Sequence record: PZ452608.1
Strand: one strand, 5' to 3'
Source of the DNA: a phage
Length of the DNA stretch: 64,000 bases
The notes under the pieces were generated by a model, which was given only the letters and a program-made list of their open reading frames with translations, was not told the DNA's origin and did not search any database. How positions within the stretch are numbered: position 1 is the first letter of the stretch; each line of letters begins with the position of its first letter. The position numbers and the translations under genes are program-made. Below, one piece after another: positions 62,922-64,000 of this stretch.

Positions 62922-63126
62922 TAAAGATACTGGAGAAGTCGTATCTGCATGTGTTTTCATGAGCGATGACACAGTAATACCGTTTTACAATCTTGATGGT
63001 TTTAGTTTTACAGGGATAACTCCAGAAGAATACTTTGAAGACCTTACCTTTGCCAGAATTTCTATAGATACATTCTATAAATGCTTCTATGATGAAGGTA
63101 AAGAATTACGAGAAACTGAACTATAA
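62899..63126 (+). CDS. Hypothetical small protein
   Basis: 75 aa ORF. Confidence 0.4.
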   Translation: MKALEVIDKDTGEVVSACVFMSDDTVIPFYNLDGFSFTGITPEEYFEDLTFARISIDTFYKCFYDEGKELRETEL

Positions 63127-63138
63127 GGTGTATGTTAT

Positions 63139-63339
63139 ATGGCTGACTTCTGCAAAGACTGTTCTATAGAAATGTTTGGACGTGATACAGGTGACTTAAA
63201 AGGTCTTATCACTGAAGATGACTTTAAAGCTGGCTATGCAATGCCAGTAATCTGTGAAGGTTGTGGATGTATCTGGGTAGACCATGAGGGGCAACGTGTA
63301 AAACCTTCAGAAGATAAAGAATCTTGGGAGAGATGTTAA
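63139..63339 (+). CDS. Small zinc-ribbon protein
   Basis: CKDC ... CEGCGC cysteine pairs. Confidence 0.45.
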   Translation: MADFCKDCSIEMFGRDTGDLKGLITEDDFKAGYAMPVICEGCGCIWVDHEGQRVKPSEDKESWERC

Positions 63340-64000
63340 ATGGGTATTGTAAAAATAATCAATGGTGATATCTTTGCCGCATTTGATAAAGGTAAGTTTG
63401 ACATCATCGGTCACGGTTGCAACTGTATGAATTTAATGGGTGCAGGTATCGCTGACAAGATTTCTAAACTTTACCCAAAAGCATATGAGACCGATACAGA
63501 AGTTTATCTATATGCAGGTGGTATAGGACACAAACCCTGTGAAAATTTACTGGGTAATTTCTCTGTAGCACGTTTAAAACAAGGTCGTATAGCTAACCTT
63601 TACACTCAGCTTAAGACTGGTAAAGATGCCCGATACAGTGCTTTAGAGTCATCTTTGAAACAGCTTAACAGATACTGTGAAGTTAATCAGTTGAGGAAAG
63701 TTGGTTTACCTATGATTGGTGCAGGTATCGGTGGGTTGGACCCTCAAGCCGTCACAGTTATCATCAATCAGGTGATGAAGAGTGTAGATGTTTATCTATA
63801 TGTCTATGAAGGAGAGATGTACCACAAGTTACGCTCAGGTTGGAATAACTACTGTGAACCAGAATACTTTGCAGGTGTAGTAACGTTCAAAGATGATACA
63901 GTTACCCTCTTCAGACGAAGAAAAGGTAAGATACATCAAAGTAACCCTCCGGTTGAGAAGATGTCTCTAAGTAACGCTCTAGTTACCCACCTGTCGAAGA
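63340..64000 (+). CDS. Macro-domain (ADP-ribose binding/processing) protein, 3-prime end beyond window
   Basis: NGDIFAAFDKGKFDIIGHGCNCMNLMGAGIADKI and VGLPMIGAGIGGLDP resemble macro-domain diphosphate-binding loops; ORF open to the window end. Confidence 0.5.
   Translation, partial: MGIVKIINGDIFAAFDKGKFDIIGHGCNCMNLMGAGIADKISKLYPKAYETDTEVYLYAGGIGHKPCENLLGNFSVARLKQGRIANLYTQLKTGKDARYSALESSLKQLNRYCEVNQLRKVGLPMIGAGIGGLDPQAVTVIINQVMKSVDVYLYVYEGEMYHKLRSGWNNYCEPEYFAGVVTFKDDTVTLFRRRKGKIHQSNPPVEKMSLSNALVTHLSK

Overview
The window reads as a 64 kb segment of a virulent tailed-phage genome (AT-rich, densely coding, no integrase seen). Bases 1-23688 (+ strand) are a late structural module: large terminase, portal, S49-type prohead protease/scaffold, decoration-like protein, major capsid, a contractile-tail block (sheath/tube candidates, chaperone pair with a -1 frameshift site, tape measure, Mu/P2-like baseplate) and two tail fibres with shared His-x-His C-terminal domains. 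Bases 23726-34221 (- strand) carry thymidylate synthase, DHFR, an HTH regulator, secreted and lipoprotein genes, a T4-like DNA ligase and a family A DNA polymerase. Bases 34479-64000 (+ strand) carry a T7-like replisome (primase-helicase, SSB-like, FEN exonuclease), dNMP kinase, homing-endonuclease-like genes, aerobic and anaerobic ribonucleotide reductases (nrdA/B, glutaredoxin, nrdD/G), a Prs-like plus NAMPT-like pair, rIIA/rIIB, a lysis-like cluster and a 3-prime-truncated macro-domain gene. The overall gene set resembles Felix-O1-like myoviruses, from memory only. The most unusual region is 27210-29181: two long non-coding islands with G-poor tracts and a 58-nt perfectly duplicated hairpin module flank a two-gene cassette of unknown function. 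The second candidate system is the Prs-like/NAMPT-like pair (possible NAD+ reconstitution) with a nearby macro domain. All calls rest on motif reading of the supplied ORF translations; no database search was run. Coordinates of non-ORF elements are hand-counted from ORF anchors and may be off by 1-2 nt.
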